Source: Bigelowiella natans CCMP2755
Lineage: Eukaryota > Protista > Cercozoa
Assembly: GCA_000320545.1 (NCBI GenBank)
Contig: ADNK01001017.1
Coordinates: 38,945-102,944 of the forward strand
Length of the DNA: 64,000 bases
Direction: 5' to 3'
The notes beneath the pieces were generated by a model. It saw only the letters and a list, made by a program, of their open reading frames with translations, was not told where the DNA came from and did no database searches. The stretch's first letter is position 1, and every line of letters begins with the position of its first letter. A program made the translations under genes and the position numbers. Below are positions 21,590 to 33,006 of this stretch, piece after piece.

Positions 21590-22800
21590 ATGTCAAACCC
21601 CAAATCTAGCTCAGACAAGCCATCATCACAATGCGCAAATTTGGACCCAGCAGCAGTCATTTTCATCAGAAACAATGTTGTGTGCTTTTGTGCACATGAT
21701 GGACATGTGACATCATGTGTGCACTGTGTGTGCCATTGCTGTGTCCATCATGAGTGTAGCTCCATTTTTTGGGCCCCGAGCAACAGTCCTTCCCCATCTC
21801 ACATGCCCCAAATGTGCCTTCTCCGTGTCACAAGTTGTCATTTCTGTGTCTTTTGCTGTGCATGCAGTGACTGGCAGCGACACGCAAACACAATGCAAAA
21901 TTGACAAAGCGCCCCGTTCAATGTTCCTTTTGAAAGATCAAGCTTCTCATGCCAACACATCTTGTTGGTCACGTGGCTCATTGGGAAGTTCAAGTGAGTG
22001 CACCACATGGCTTTTCCGGGGTTGGTCACGTGGCTCATTGAGAACACTGCTAGACTGGTCAAAGGCCACGTTGTGGTTTGGACACGCAATGTCACACACA
22101 TGCTGCACGTGCCATCACTGTGTCCATCATGTGTGTTGAGGCTGCAGATTCTGACTGGCAACGCGCGCAAAGTGGTGGCATGGCACGGTGTTTCTGGGCT
22201 GCTACTGCTGCTGCTGCTGTGCATGATGTCCATCGTGCTTGCTGCTTGGGCACTGCATGTGGACGAGGAGCATGCATGCATGCGTGCTGCTGGCATTTGC
22301 CATGCAATCACAACCAAACGCCACAAATTGCTTCACAGCGGCTGGCATGCTCGCACACCACGCACGTGATCGATGAGGGACCTGCTAGGGATTGTTCAGT
22401 CACAAGCAGAGCAGTCAGGCTGTGCCGTGAGCAGCAGGAATGACTGGACAGATGCCAACTAGTCAATTGGCCCATGGTGTACCTGTGCACATCACACGCA
22501 TTGATGATGGCTGGCGCAAAATGTCACCCACACATGTCTGCGTTGGGATGACAAATGAAAATTTTTGATCACTTCATCACATCTGTCTTGTGCAAGATGC
22601 ATCTCTGTCAACAAGGATTGCAAAACTTTTGGTAGATTGCGCACTGTTTGCATGACAATGCATTTCGACATTGCGCACTGGGTGCAACAACAAATTGCAG
22701 CAATGCACGGCTAGACGGCGCAGTCTAGCAGTGTCGATGCATGTGTACCTCGCTGCTGAGCTACGTGCGCATGTAAAATTTCCATGTTCATCATCAGACA
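21590..22800. repeat. Strongly TpA-depleted island with internal duplications
   Basis: Manual count of about 6 TA in 21661-22620, 3 of them in CTAG. Duplicated segments 21701-21752 / 22080-22131 and 21964-21982 / 22021-22040. Confidence 0.85.
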
Positions 22801-22875
22801 GACCCATCAATAGGAATACTAGAATAAGAGTCAGTGCAAGCTTTGAAAAACATTTAACACATAGCATCGACGACA

Positions 22876-23887
22876 TTACAATGGATCATCTATTGATGAG
22901 ACTCCCTCGTTAGCCCCTGAAGTTTTTCTGCTGGGAACAGCTGGATTAATGTCATAAAATCCAGCTTCCTGTGCTTGATCTGTTAATCCAAGAATAGCTC
23001 GTGTAGACAAGGAGATGATAACTTTGCTGTACTCAAGCTTAAGTCGCATGTGATGTTTGCAAATTTCATATTCCCATCCCCATGGTTTATTACATTCCTC
23101 TGCTTTTGATTCATCGTTATTCCTGCAACATCTGAGCCATCGTGGACAGGAGAATTTAACCTTGCCCGTATGTCTTTCCTCATCAAAAATCTTACAAACT
23201 ATTGTTGCTTTCGTTCTCGTGAGAAGAAGATCCGAAAATCCTAATAGGAGATTTGATTGCTCTGTTAGCCTTATAATGTTATGTATTTTTCCAGCATCTG
23301 GGAGAGGTCTTTTCCCTGTCCTTGTAGCATAGTAAGTAGAGTGTTTTCTTCTCATTCTTCCCCGATTGTTAGCTTGCAGATGTCTCCTTATCCGATTAGG
23401 CATCAGGTAATCCTTTCCACTCCTTCCTTTTATTTCTCCTCCTCCACTCCCCAGATGTTCTCTTTGAGGTGAAGTCATTGATGAAGCCCCGGCACTGGTG
23501 CCATTATTATTTTTCGAGATTCCATAATTGATTCTACTTCTCTTCTTCTGTTCAATATTTGATAGCCGCCGACGATTTGACTCCAAACACACTTCAGCGC
23601 CAGCTGCTGCATGTTCTTCGTGATCATTACACTTTCGGTATTGTATCTTCACGCTTCGTGCTGCCTGATTCCTTGGTGTCGTCGCTGTTGTTGCTACTAC
23701 CGATTGGTGTTGGTGATGATGCTGTGTAGGAGGGCACTTACGCTCAAATCCTGTATCAGGAATGCTTGCCGTGCTGACAGGCTGCAATTAGTTGGAATAT
23801 GTAGTAAGAAACAAAAGCACAGCAGAAAACAACTATTGTGTCAAGTGACTTCAACAAGGCATTAGCGTGCAATCAAGATTTACATAT

Positions 23888-23959
<72 letters not shown>

Positions 23960-24886
23960 TAATTCATTTTAGTCTTTGTTAAATGACATTGAGCTTTCGC
24001 TGAAGGGGTTGAAGAGGTGGGTGGGGAAGAGAAGGATAATACATATGCTTGCTCATCACAGACCGAGTTTGAGGAAGCTGTATCGTCGACGACAGAGAGA
24101 GCATGCTCTCCTCCTTCTGCTCTCTCTTTTTGTCCTCCTCCTCGCTTGTGAAGCTGTGTAAGAAATACAGCAGAGATGTGAGAGAGCCATTACTAGTACA
24201 GCAGTAGTAGTATCGGTAGAAAGAGGAGGAGGAGGAGGAGGAGGAGGAGGAGGAGGAGGAGGGAAAATAGGGGAGAAAGTAGTGTATGCTGGTTGTCCCC
24301 GTCGCTGCCAGTCTTGCTGTTGTTGTTGTTGTTGTTGTTGTCATTGATTACTATGTTTACTATTGTCATCCGTTTGAGGTGCTACTGTTCTTATTACTAC
24401 CCCATTTGCATGATCAGAAGGTCTACGGCAGCTTTTGCTTAAGTTGTTGGTGGTTGGTGCAGCAGATCCCGTACATTGCGCTTGTTGTTGTTGTTCACCC
24501 GGCGGTGTTATTACTGCGTCGTCATTCTTCTTTTCTTCTAGAGATTGTTTCTCTTCATTCCCGGTTAAATCATGAGAATGGTTTTGACGTTGAAGGGTCA
24601 TTGAGCACACTGAACGATCTGCCTCTAAATTTGATTCTTCTGTGTCTCCGGCCCAGAATCTCATAGCCTTATTTAATTTCAACATCTCGCTGCATAATTC
24701 CGTCATTTCATCGAAGGAATGTACTAGCCGTTGAGGGGATCTGGTAAATAAATAAAAAGAAGAAGAGAACGATGAGAAAATCATAGTAGTGGAAACGCTT
24801 AACGAATATTTCTCCTAGTTGCTGTTGCACTGTTGAATCATCATCCTCATTATCATTATCATCACGTGCTGCTTACGTACATATAG

Positions 24887-24918
<32 letters not shown>

Positions 24919-26100
24919 TCGCTCATCCCACGGTAGGGAATTCACTTTGAGCAACCGATTTTCATCATCCAAAACATATTTAGTCTGTGTAACAATCAAG
25001 AAATAAAACTAAAGATGAGGGTATGATGATGCTTTTGTGACAGTGCTGGATAAAAAAGGAATATGGAGAGAAATTCGTCATCATCTTGATCATCATTATC
25101 ATCATCATCATCATCATTGTCATCATCATTGTCACCACTACTGCTACTTTATCACACCTCTCCCAAATCAAGTGCCATTGTAGCTACAGGTAATGCAAGC
25201 CCCAGAATTCCTCCGTACATACAAAGTATTCCTATGAATCTTCCTAAGTCTGTAGTCGGGTATATATCTCCATATCCAACACCCTAATAAATATTATATG
25301 TTATGTTATCTATGAAAAATATCAAGAAATAATAGTGGGGTTTATCGATGGTGACGAGGATAGAATTTATATTACCGTTGCAGTGCATACAACCCACCAG
25401 GTACACACTGCCATTGATGTGAATGGCGAGCGTTCCTTTCCGGTACCATAAAGATCCATGCGCTCAAAATAACCCTTTAAGTAGCAATATCACCAGCACC
25501 GAGAGTTTAGTATACCGTGTGTATAAGTATGTGATGATGTTATGTTTAAGTAAATATTACGCATAATAAAAGTAATATCATCAAATAATTTATCGACAAA
25601 TCTGTGCAAAAGTAGAATGGAATAAGCATTATTATCTAGTTGAATCATTATAGATATGTAATTTTTTTAGTCGTAGTAGGGGTGGAAATCGCCAATAAAG
25701 GGACTTTTTCTTCATTATAATCTCCTTGTTCCGCCAAGAGTATAGCTGAAGCGAAGAGAAATGTAACAACCTAGGAGAAATACATCTTATGTAAGCAGTA
25801 GTAAACTTAGTTAGGAGGAGGATTTGGCACAAGGACGAAGAGAGAAAGACCGTAATATTATACATGTCATAGAAAATATTCTTGAAGTTCTAAGTTTCGA
25901 GAACTATGGATTAAAAAGTTATTATTATTAACACTGTTATTTAATTTTGTTGGTGTTTGTTGTTTTTTCGCTGTTTCTTCTTACGATGATGAGGAAGAAG
26001 ACAACGACCAACACAGCCCTGCTTTTATTTATAGTTTCACGAAACCACCATAGATCTTCCTTTAGATGACCCATTTTGGCTAATCGAAACCCCTGGAAAA

Positions 26101-26133
<33 letters not shown>

Positions 26134-28130
26134 TGTCATCTTTTCTTCGTATTTAGTCATCGCAGAGCCAGAAAATATCTTCTTCTTCTTCGGTTTCAGA
26201 ATATATAGCAAGTGTATTGTATGTGTGTGTGTATGTGTGAGAGAGAGAGAGCTCTATTGCTATGTTATGATTGAGTTGTTATCTCTCCTACATAACACAG
26301 CCACACAACATCTGACAGCTTCAATTCCTAACTAACTAACTACTTTCGTTTCTACCCTCGTAAGTCTTATTATCTTCACGATAAACAGCTCATAATGTAT
26401 TGAGCCAGAGATTATAGAAATGATCGGAATACAACTCAACAAATCGATAATCTGTTGTATTAAGTTGGTAAAGCCAAAATTATTTCAAAATAAAGCCATC
26501 ATCCGAGATATTAGGATATAGGAAATGCTAGAAAGCAAATCCAAGTTCTTCACTTACGTTCAGAAAATCGAAGATAAAGTAGTACAATTTGTACAATATT
26601 TGAATTTGACTGCTTCTGAGGCAAGTCTCATTTTGCGTGACAACGGGTATGCTGTAACCGTCGAATCTTAGATAAACCTATTGTTATTGACGACGAGCAG
26701 TGGTAGTAGTAGTAGTAGTAGAAGAAGAAGAAGAAGAAGAAGAAGAAGAAGAAGAGGGTAATCAATAACTTGCTTACAACAAATCTAAATCGACAAGCAG
26801 CACCACGTATTAGGAGATATATTAGTAGAGAAACACAGTGTATGTAGCTGAAGAGAAATACAAAATGAAATGTTGATGATAATTAATATTGTTGGAACCC
26901 CAACATCTTCACGTAGTACCGTTGGGACAAATGCCACCGTAAATAGACGGGTAATGTAATCAAGGAAAAATATCCACACTGATACTTCTTCGGTAATCTG
27001 AATAATAAATGCAAGAGGACATGTCGTCATCATTATACAGCCATTGATGCCACTGCTGGTTGGTGTCCTCTTACATTGAATAAAGGCGTTCTAGATCTAT
27101 CCTCCGTCTTCGAGCGCATTCTGGTTTCAACATCAAAATAGGTATAAAAACAATTTTATACTCATAAATAATTACAATTTTTAACGAAATTAGTTGTGGA
27201 ATTATCAAAGTTGAGGTGAGGTAATGATCACTGAATGTGGGGGGTGTGTTGGATTACTCTTCCAAAGTACTGAGAATGAACAGTACGACGCTGCCAATGA
27301 TGGTCACCAAGATGAAAAAACCCATAATTCTCCCTAGAATGCAAGAATTGGGCCGGTCAAGTATCGTGAAAATTTTGGCTGGTATTGATGCGTGGATTTG
27401 CGGAAGCCAGTGAGTCGGTTCCTTACTCATTAATCCCTGTTCCACGCGATTCAGCTGCTTTCTATGATACCGGATTTCATCTCTTTTCTTTTCATATTCG
27501 TAAAGTTCAACTGCATCCATTTGGCCTTCTTTAGGCAAGATAAATGGAAGGTCTTGGGGATCATAATCCTTAAGAATATTAGATGGAAACGGCGTGGTCG
27601 AGCTCTGATTTGGATTCACTGTCCCGACTACCATACCGAATTACGACTACAGCTTAATATTCTGCAACTGGTGATTATTACGTAATCAATATATGATGAT
27701 GATGATGATGATGATGATGACGGTGTGCCCCTTATCGAGCTGCGAGGATTTCAAGTCTGTTCCCAATTTTTGGTGTTCATTTGAACGATGACTCCTTAGC
27801 TAGGGAGAATTTTCTTCAGTGTATCTAAACACAGCAGTTGGTTCAAAGTGAGGAAATACATGTCACATTATGGGAAAGATTTCACACAATTTTGTATTCA
27901 TTGATTCACGATTCATATGTCTTCTCTACTGTTAGTTTGGTGAATATTATAGTGTGTCTGAGCCAAAATAAGGGCGGTGTACATAGTAAAGATAACTATG
28001 ACGATTTTAGAAAGAAGTTGTTTCAGCACCTCGTATGTTCTACCTTGGTGTGGCAACTCTCTTTAATGATCGTGTTTCCATTCTCATAAACGTAGATGTC
28101 TCACGTAACGATCATCGCATGGGTTATTAT
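22876..28130 (-). CDS. Voltage-gated 6TM potassium channel (Kv/Shaker-like) with long C-terminal tail; both ends uncertain
   Basis: S1 IFTILDRPNSCILGRIMGFFILVTIIGSVVLFILST; S2 EEVSVWIFFLDYITRL; S3 FLN|IIDLLSCIP; S4 VKIIRLTR|GFRLAKMGH; pore SPFTSMAVCTWWVVCTAT|GVGYGDIYPTTDLGRFIG; S6 GGILGLALPV. ORFs 24341-24784 and 22876-23787 are probable tail exons. Confidence 0.85.
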
Positions 28131-28559
28131 CTTCTTCTGCAAGGTCTATCCGTCTACTTCCTCCTCCTCCTCCTCCTGATTAGGAGTTCTCCGGTCAAGT
28201 TGTCAGTTACGGTACGTTAATGACTGGTGGCATGAGACATATTCCCTTTTTACCCTACGACAACCCATACACTTCATCGTACATTGCGATTCACCTCACT
28301 TTTGTTCCCAATTAATACATGAATGATTCTGTACCAAAAACCATGTCGTAGGCCAGAAATGGTCTTCAATTACAAGACTTCGTCATCGATGCCACCATCC
28401 TGACTTCCTCCCCCACTTGTGTGCTCGTCAACGACGAGAAGGGTGCATGTACGTGAGTAGTATCTGGCCTAAAGATGCTAAACTCACGACAAATCGAATC
28501 CTAACATGCTATTCCTGCGGTCATCGACAAACCTCGGATGAATGCTGTCTTTCATGCAG

Positions 28560-30320
28560 CTCGGAAATGCTGTACGATAAGGAAGGAGCCTCAAGAATTA
28601 CTTGGAAATTGCGGAAGAACATAATAGAAATTACCAAAGTAAGAAAGAGCGGACCTCTTGCCTTTCTGGTTTTAGGAGGATCTTTCAACCCCATACATAA
28701 TCATCATAAACAAGCTTTGGAGATAGCACGGAATTGCCTGGAAGGTCATTTTCAACATGCCTCCATTCATTTGCTATACATGCATCATCTCCATTTTATC
28801 TAGAAAATGGATTCTGCGTATGCGGGGGTTTTCTAGGGATCAGTTCCCAATCATATTTGGTTTCAAAACTCAGTATGTCCTCAGCGATGAAGGTTGAAAT
28901 GCATTGCATCCATTGATTTGGTGTCATCATTATTTAAAGTATGCTCCTCCTCCTCCTCCTCCTCCTCCTCCTCCTCCTACGTCCGTCGGCCGATCAAGCA
29001 GCTGCACCATAGAGTGGCGATGTGTAAGATTATAAGCTCCACTTCTGATTGGATAGAAACGGTAACAACGTCGTCATTTTGTATCCCAGCTCGTAATATA
29101 GCACCTTGGTAGTCATTCTTTCTTCACAAGTAATAACAACAACAAATGCAGGTCCCGTGGGGATGGGCCGATTCAACGTCAATTGCTGATGCAATAGCAG
29201 AAGAAACATCAAGGCTTATAAATAACGATGATGGGACACTTGATCTAATGTATGAGCATGTTTCGTCTGGTCAAATCACGATGTAATCATCATTCTCAGC
29301 ATTATCATTATCATTATTATTATTCACAATATTATTTATCCTACGACTGAAAAATGGCTATTATATGTCGTCTGTTAAACAATATGTTTGTTGTTTCCAA
29401 AACATATACAGAGCGTTTCAAGTCATTGGCTCAGATATATCAGGATTTTACCCACAAAAGAACGTCGTTTGTATTCGTAATAGTAGCACATCACTACTAC
29501 TTCGTATGTATTCGCAATACTACTACTACTACTACTACTACTACTATTGCCTAGCAAGTAAATGACGCATGTACTGCTGACAACTAACATAATGTAATTT
29601 GTAGCTCGACCAACTTATACTACAGTAGATCAGAAACAGGAGCAATGGGTGTGATTGAAAACGATTCTAATAGAATATAATAATAATAATGTGTACTACT
29701 TCATGATTTATCATCATCCTTTTGACATCATATCAGTCCCGCGAACTTAAGGGAAATTATTTTTTGGCCAAGATTGAGCTTACGAATAGCGTGATTAGCT
29801 CCACCAAAATAAGGGGTGTTATCCAGAGAAAGGTCGTATGTTCATCACATCAGAGTAACTAGAATAAAAATCTAGCTAATAAATTTGAGTGGTTTTGTGT
29901 GCTGCAGCACAGCAGTAGAAAAGTGGTCCTCCTCCTCCTCCTCCTCCTCCTCCTCCACCTCCCTTTCTCTAAACTACCTGCATGCATGTATACATGATAA
30001 TGTGTAAATCAACGTTTGAATGGATCAATTAACAGAGTTCGGTACAGTCGGAGCAGTTGGGCGACTTATTATCAGAAATGATGCAGTCTCAAGTTATCGA
30101 TTATCTACGGTATGCGTTACAAAGCGGAGATTTATGGGGTAGCAGCAGCGACTGCTTGTCCGCGCCATCTACTCAAGGGGATTCATCGAATGATTATGAC
30201 GCAACAGCAAGAGATAGAGCTGAACTACTTGAGCAGCAAAACAAAAGCAATGATCAAGTTAAACAATCCAATAGGCAACACTGGTCTTTCAACTACGATT
30301 CAGCTTGCAAAATATTATGA
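28560..30320 (+). CDS. Nicotinamide/nicotinate mononucleotide adenylyltransferase-like (HxGH cytidylyltransferase superfamily); start not resolved
   Basis: AFLVLGGSFNPIHNHHKQALEIAR, GGFLGISSQSYLVSKL, HRVAMCKI...SDWIE, VIGSD, VISSTKIR and VIDYLR occur in order across GT-AG exons. Confidence 0.8.
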
Positions 30321-30399
30321 ACCACTGTACGAGATGCAAAAAACTAAATGGAGGAGCATGTGCTGTAAGATGAACGCATAGATGAACATACAGCAGCAT

Positions 30400-30662
30400 C
30401 TGCAACACTGTTGTGATGTGAGAATTTAGTCTCTTGCATCAACAGCCACACTTGCTTTGTTTAAATACAGAATGTATGCACTGTCTTTGATTGAGTAATG
30501 AACGATGCGACGAAACAAAATGTGTCAAGCCAGCAGCCAATGACTAGTCGTAATTATGAAACTCAAGCTAAAGTGCTTGCATTGTGCATATACTATCATA
30601 CAAATGCCTTGCTTAAAAACAATGAGTTTTGGTAATGACAATTTCGACTCCGCGCACAATGC

Positions 30663-30698
<36 letters not shown>

Positions 30699-31209
30699 GA
30701 TGATGATGCTCATGGTGACAACATGGCTGGTGACACACAACAAGTGCTGCACACAGCTCTAGCTAAAGCTGGCATAACCTTGTGGTCTAGTGGTGGTGCA
30801 TATGCAAAATGTTGATGACGCTCTGCCAATGCTAGAATGGAGCGACACTAGGACAGTCAAAGCTACAAAGGGAGACGAAAAACCTTCGGTTTCACCTGCG
30901 TGTTCTAAGAGCGGCTCACCACATGTCAAGTGATGTCTGTCATGCTAGCATGCACATTCAATCATTACACAGGGACATTCATGTAATGTGTTAGTGTGGC
31001 CCTTTGGTCACGCGCAGCGCGGCGACTGGCATTATCTTTGTCAATACACAGCCAGTAGCAAGCATGTTAGGCAAACACATTGGGTGCTGCACTAGTGCAG
31101 TCGCCGCCTCCAGGTCTAGCTGGACATAATGCAACAATGATTACAGCATGGCCACGATCAATTTGCAACGCGATATTAAAGCCGCTATGTACACGCTACA
31201 ACAAAAAGG

Positions 31210-31249
<40 letters not shown>

Positions 31250-31750
31250 ATCTAGACATACACATACACATATGCATTTCTAGATTTAATTGCATGAAAC
31301 ACATTTTGCGGAAACCAACAGATTCAACATTAGCGCTGTATAGCCGCTACATTACACAGTTATATATAAGGATGACCATTGAACAAATTTAGCTGATTAA
31401 TTGCATCCGTCGATCTTACTAGCTTACACATACATACACACACAAAAGCGACCTTGACTGTTGGCAACATTTAATGGCCACTATAACAAGTTCGTCATCC
31501 ACATTAGTTCATACATGCATTCAGCACAATAGCTTTTACATGGCTGCTACAATGCTCTAGTGCTGTCTAGAATGTGCTTTTGTCACAAATTTAAATGCAT
31601 GACCAGGTTGACGGCTTTCTAGCCTTGGCCAATGCGTGCAGATGGCCAATTTTGCATACATAGATTTATACACCACAGAAATACGTCAATATCGAGATAT
31701 ACCGCATCAAAAAGGCACGTTGTCAACAACACATGATGTTAGAAGCTGGA
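30400..31750. repeat. TpA-depleted island between convergent NMNAT-like and importin-beta genes
   Basis: TG/CA excess with CTAG retained, strongest at ~30650-31150. Contains a LINE 3' fragment. Confidence 0.65.
31309..31412 (+). mobile_element. 3'-terminal fragment of the non-LTR retrotransposon at 58600-59420
   Basis: ggaaaccaacagattcaacattagcgctgta...aggatgaccattgaacaaattt...catccgtc aligns with 59289-59385 (ETNRFNISAV vs ETNRYNLSAV). Confidence 0.8.
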
Positions 31751-31838
31751 TCATAATGTATGACTGTGGCATAGTAATTTTTTGATTAATACATGTAAAG
31801 CATTATTTATTTTAGTGACACAATATGTCAACGGGGGG

Positions 31839-32788
31839 CTAGTAGCTAAAATGTGAGGAAGTAACCCCAAAGATTCTTTGTCGCGCCATTTGAGCTGCTT
31901 CCTTCGTTTTATCATTGAATGTAGGTGATATCGAGCAGCTATTCAGTAATGCCTGAAAGTAATAGACAATTTATTCCAAATATATTTACTTCTTGCATCC
32001 TTACACGTATTGATTCTATTCCCATACTACTTGCTACATGGGAGGGGTGAAAATCGTATTGATTCTATGATCATATTACAAATGAGGGGTGAATATCGTT
32101 ACTACTTTTCTTTGGAAAATAACAATTTATGCTTTAGAACAAATCAATCATCGGTATTCTGCTTGTTTTCTTGTCACAGTTTCGAGTATATTTCCCACCA
32201 TCCTACTATCACCCCCCCCCCACACACACTCACACACTACTGCTGCTATAATAACTACTACTACTACCAGCACCACTATTACTACTACTACTACCTCGAT
32301 TAGTGGCACCTTCAGTAGTCTTTGCACTGAAGAAAGACTACAACCAGCTGCGATGTCGCCCAACAAATCACAGGATGCACGCAATACAGCTTCCATGCTA
32401 TGCCTCTCCCTGCGGAACATCGCTGAGTTTGATGTTGTTGTTGTTGATGATGATGATCCAAAAGGAAGTGCTCCTTGTAATGTAGCAGATGATTCGGATG
32501 ATGGATTTCCACTTAAGACTCCTCCTCCTCCTCCCCTCGCAACAAGTAAACTGTTTTGGTATGTGCCTGCAATCTATTTATCACACAAGTAATTTGAAAT
32601 AGAGGCAGGAGCAAACAGCAGCAGCAGCAGCAATAATAACACAACAACAACAACAACAACAGAGTATCATGTGTTGATGACAAGCAGAAGCAGGGGAATA
32701 TATTTACTGTTAGTATTAATATTGGCATTATTCTTCTTATTTCAATGAAGAATATACCATTAGGCACAGCAGCAGTTTCCTTGGCCTT

Positions 32789-32822
<34 letters not shown>

Positions 32823-32965
32823 TAATACTTGTACAAATACTAGTGATCCCTATGTACACCACAATTCATAAATGACGACTGTGAGTTGTTGTTTCACAAC
32901 ACGTGAGAAGGATAAGAACAAACATTAATCAGGATAAAGTATCAACCCGTGATACTGCTAATATA

Positions 32966-33006
<41 letters not shown>

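Noticed and set aside
21414-21608. Short acidic ORF MGPKEEKEEG...KPQI after the UBL-fusion gene
   Set aside because: No domain and no clear splice link; it may be an alternative last exon or a remnant, but I cannot support either.
21701-22131. CpG methylation decay as the cause of the TG/CA excess
   Set aside because: It also yields TG/CA pairs, but CpG persists in the islands while TpA is what is missing, and LINE sister copies show TA at the variable sites. Disfavoured, not formally excluded without a consensus.
21509-22913. Many overlapping Cys/His/Met-rich ORFs on both strands (also at 57998-59256 and 1014-1360)
   Set aside because: Loss of TpA removes TAA/TAG stops on both strands and inflates TGY/CAY/ATG codons, so these are by-products. 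Only the 58600 frame has a recognisable motif.
28417-28560. Apparent zinc ribbon (CYSCGH...CLSC) ahead of the NMNAT-like domain
   Set aside because: It lies between a likely donor (~28449) and acceptor (~28559), so it is probably intronic.
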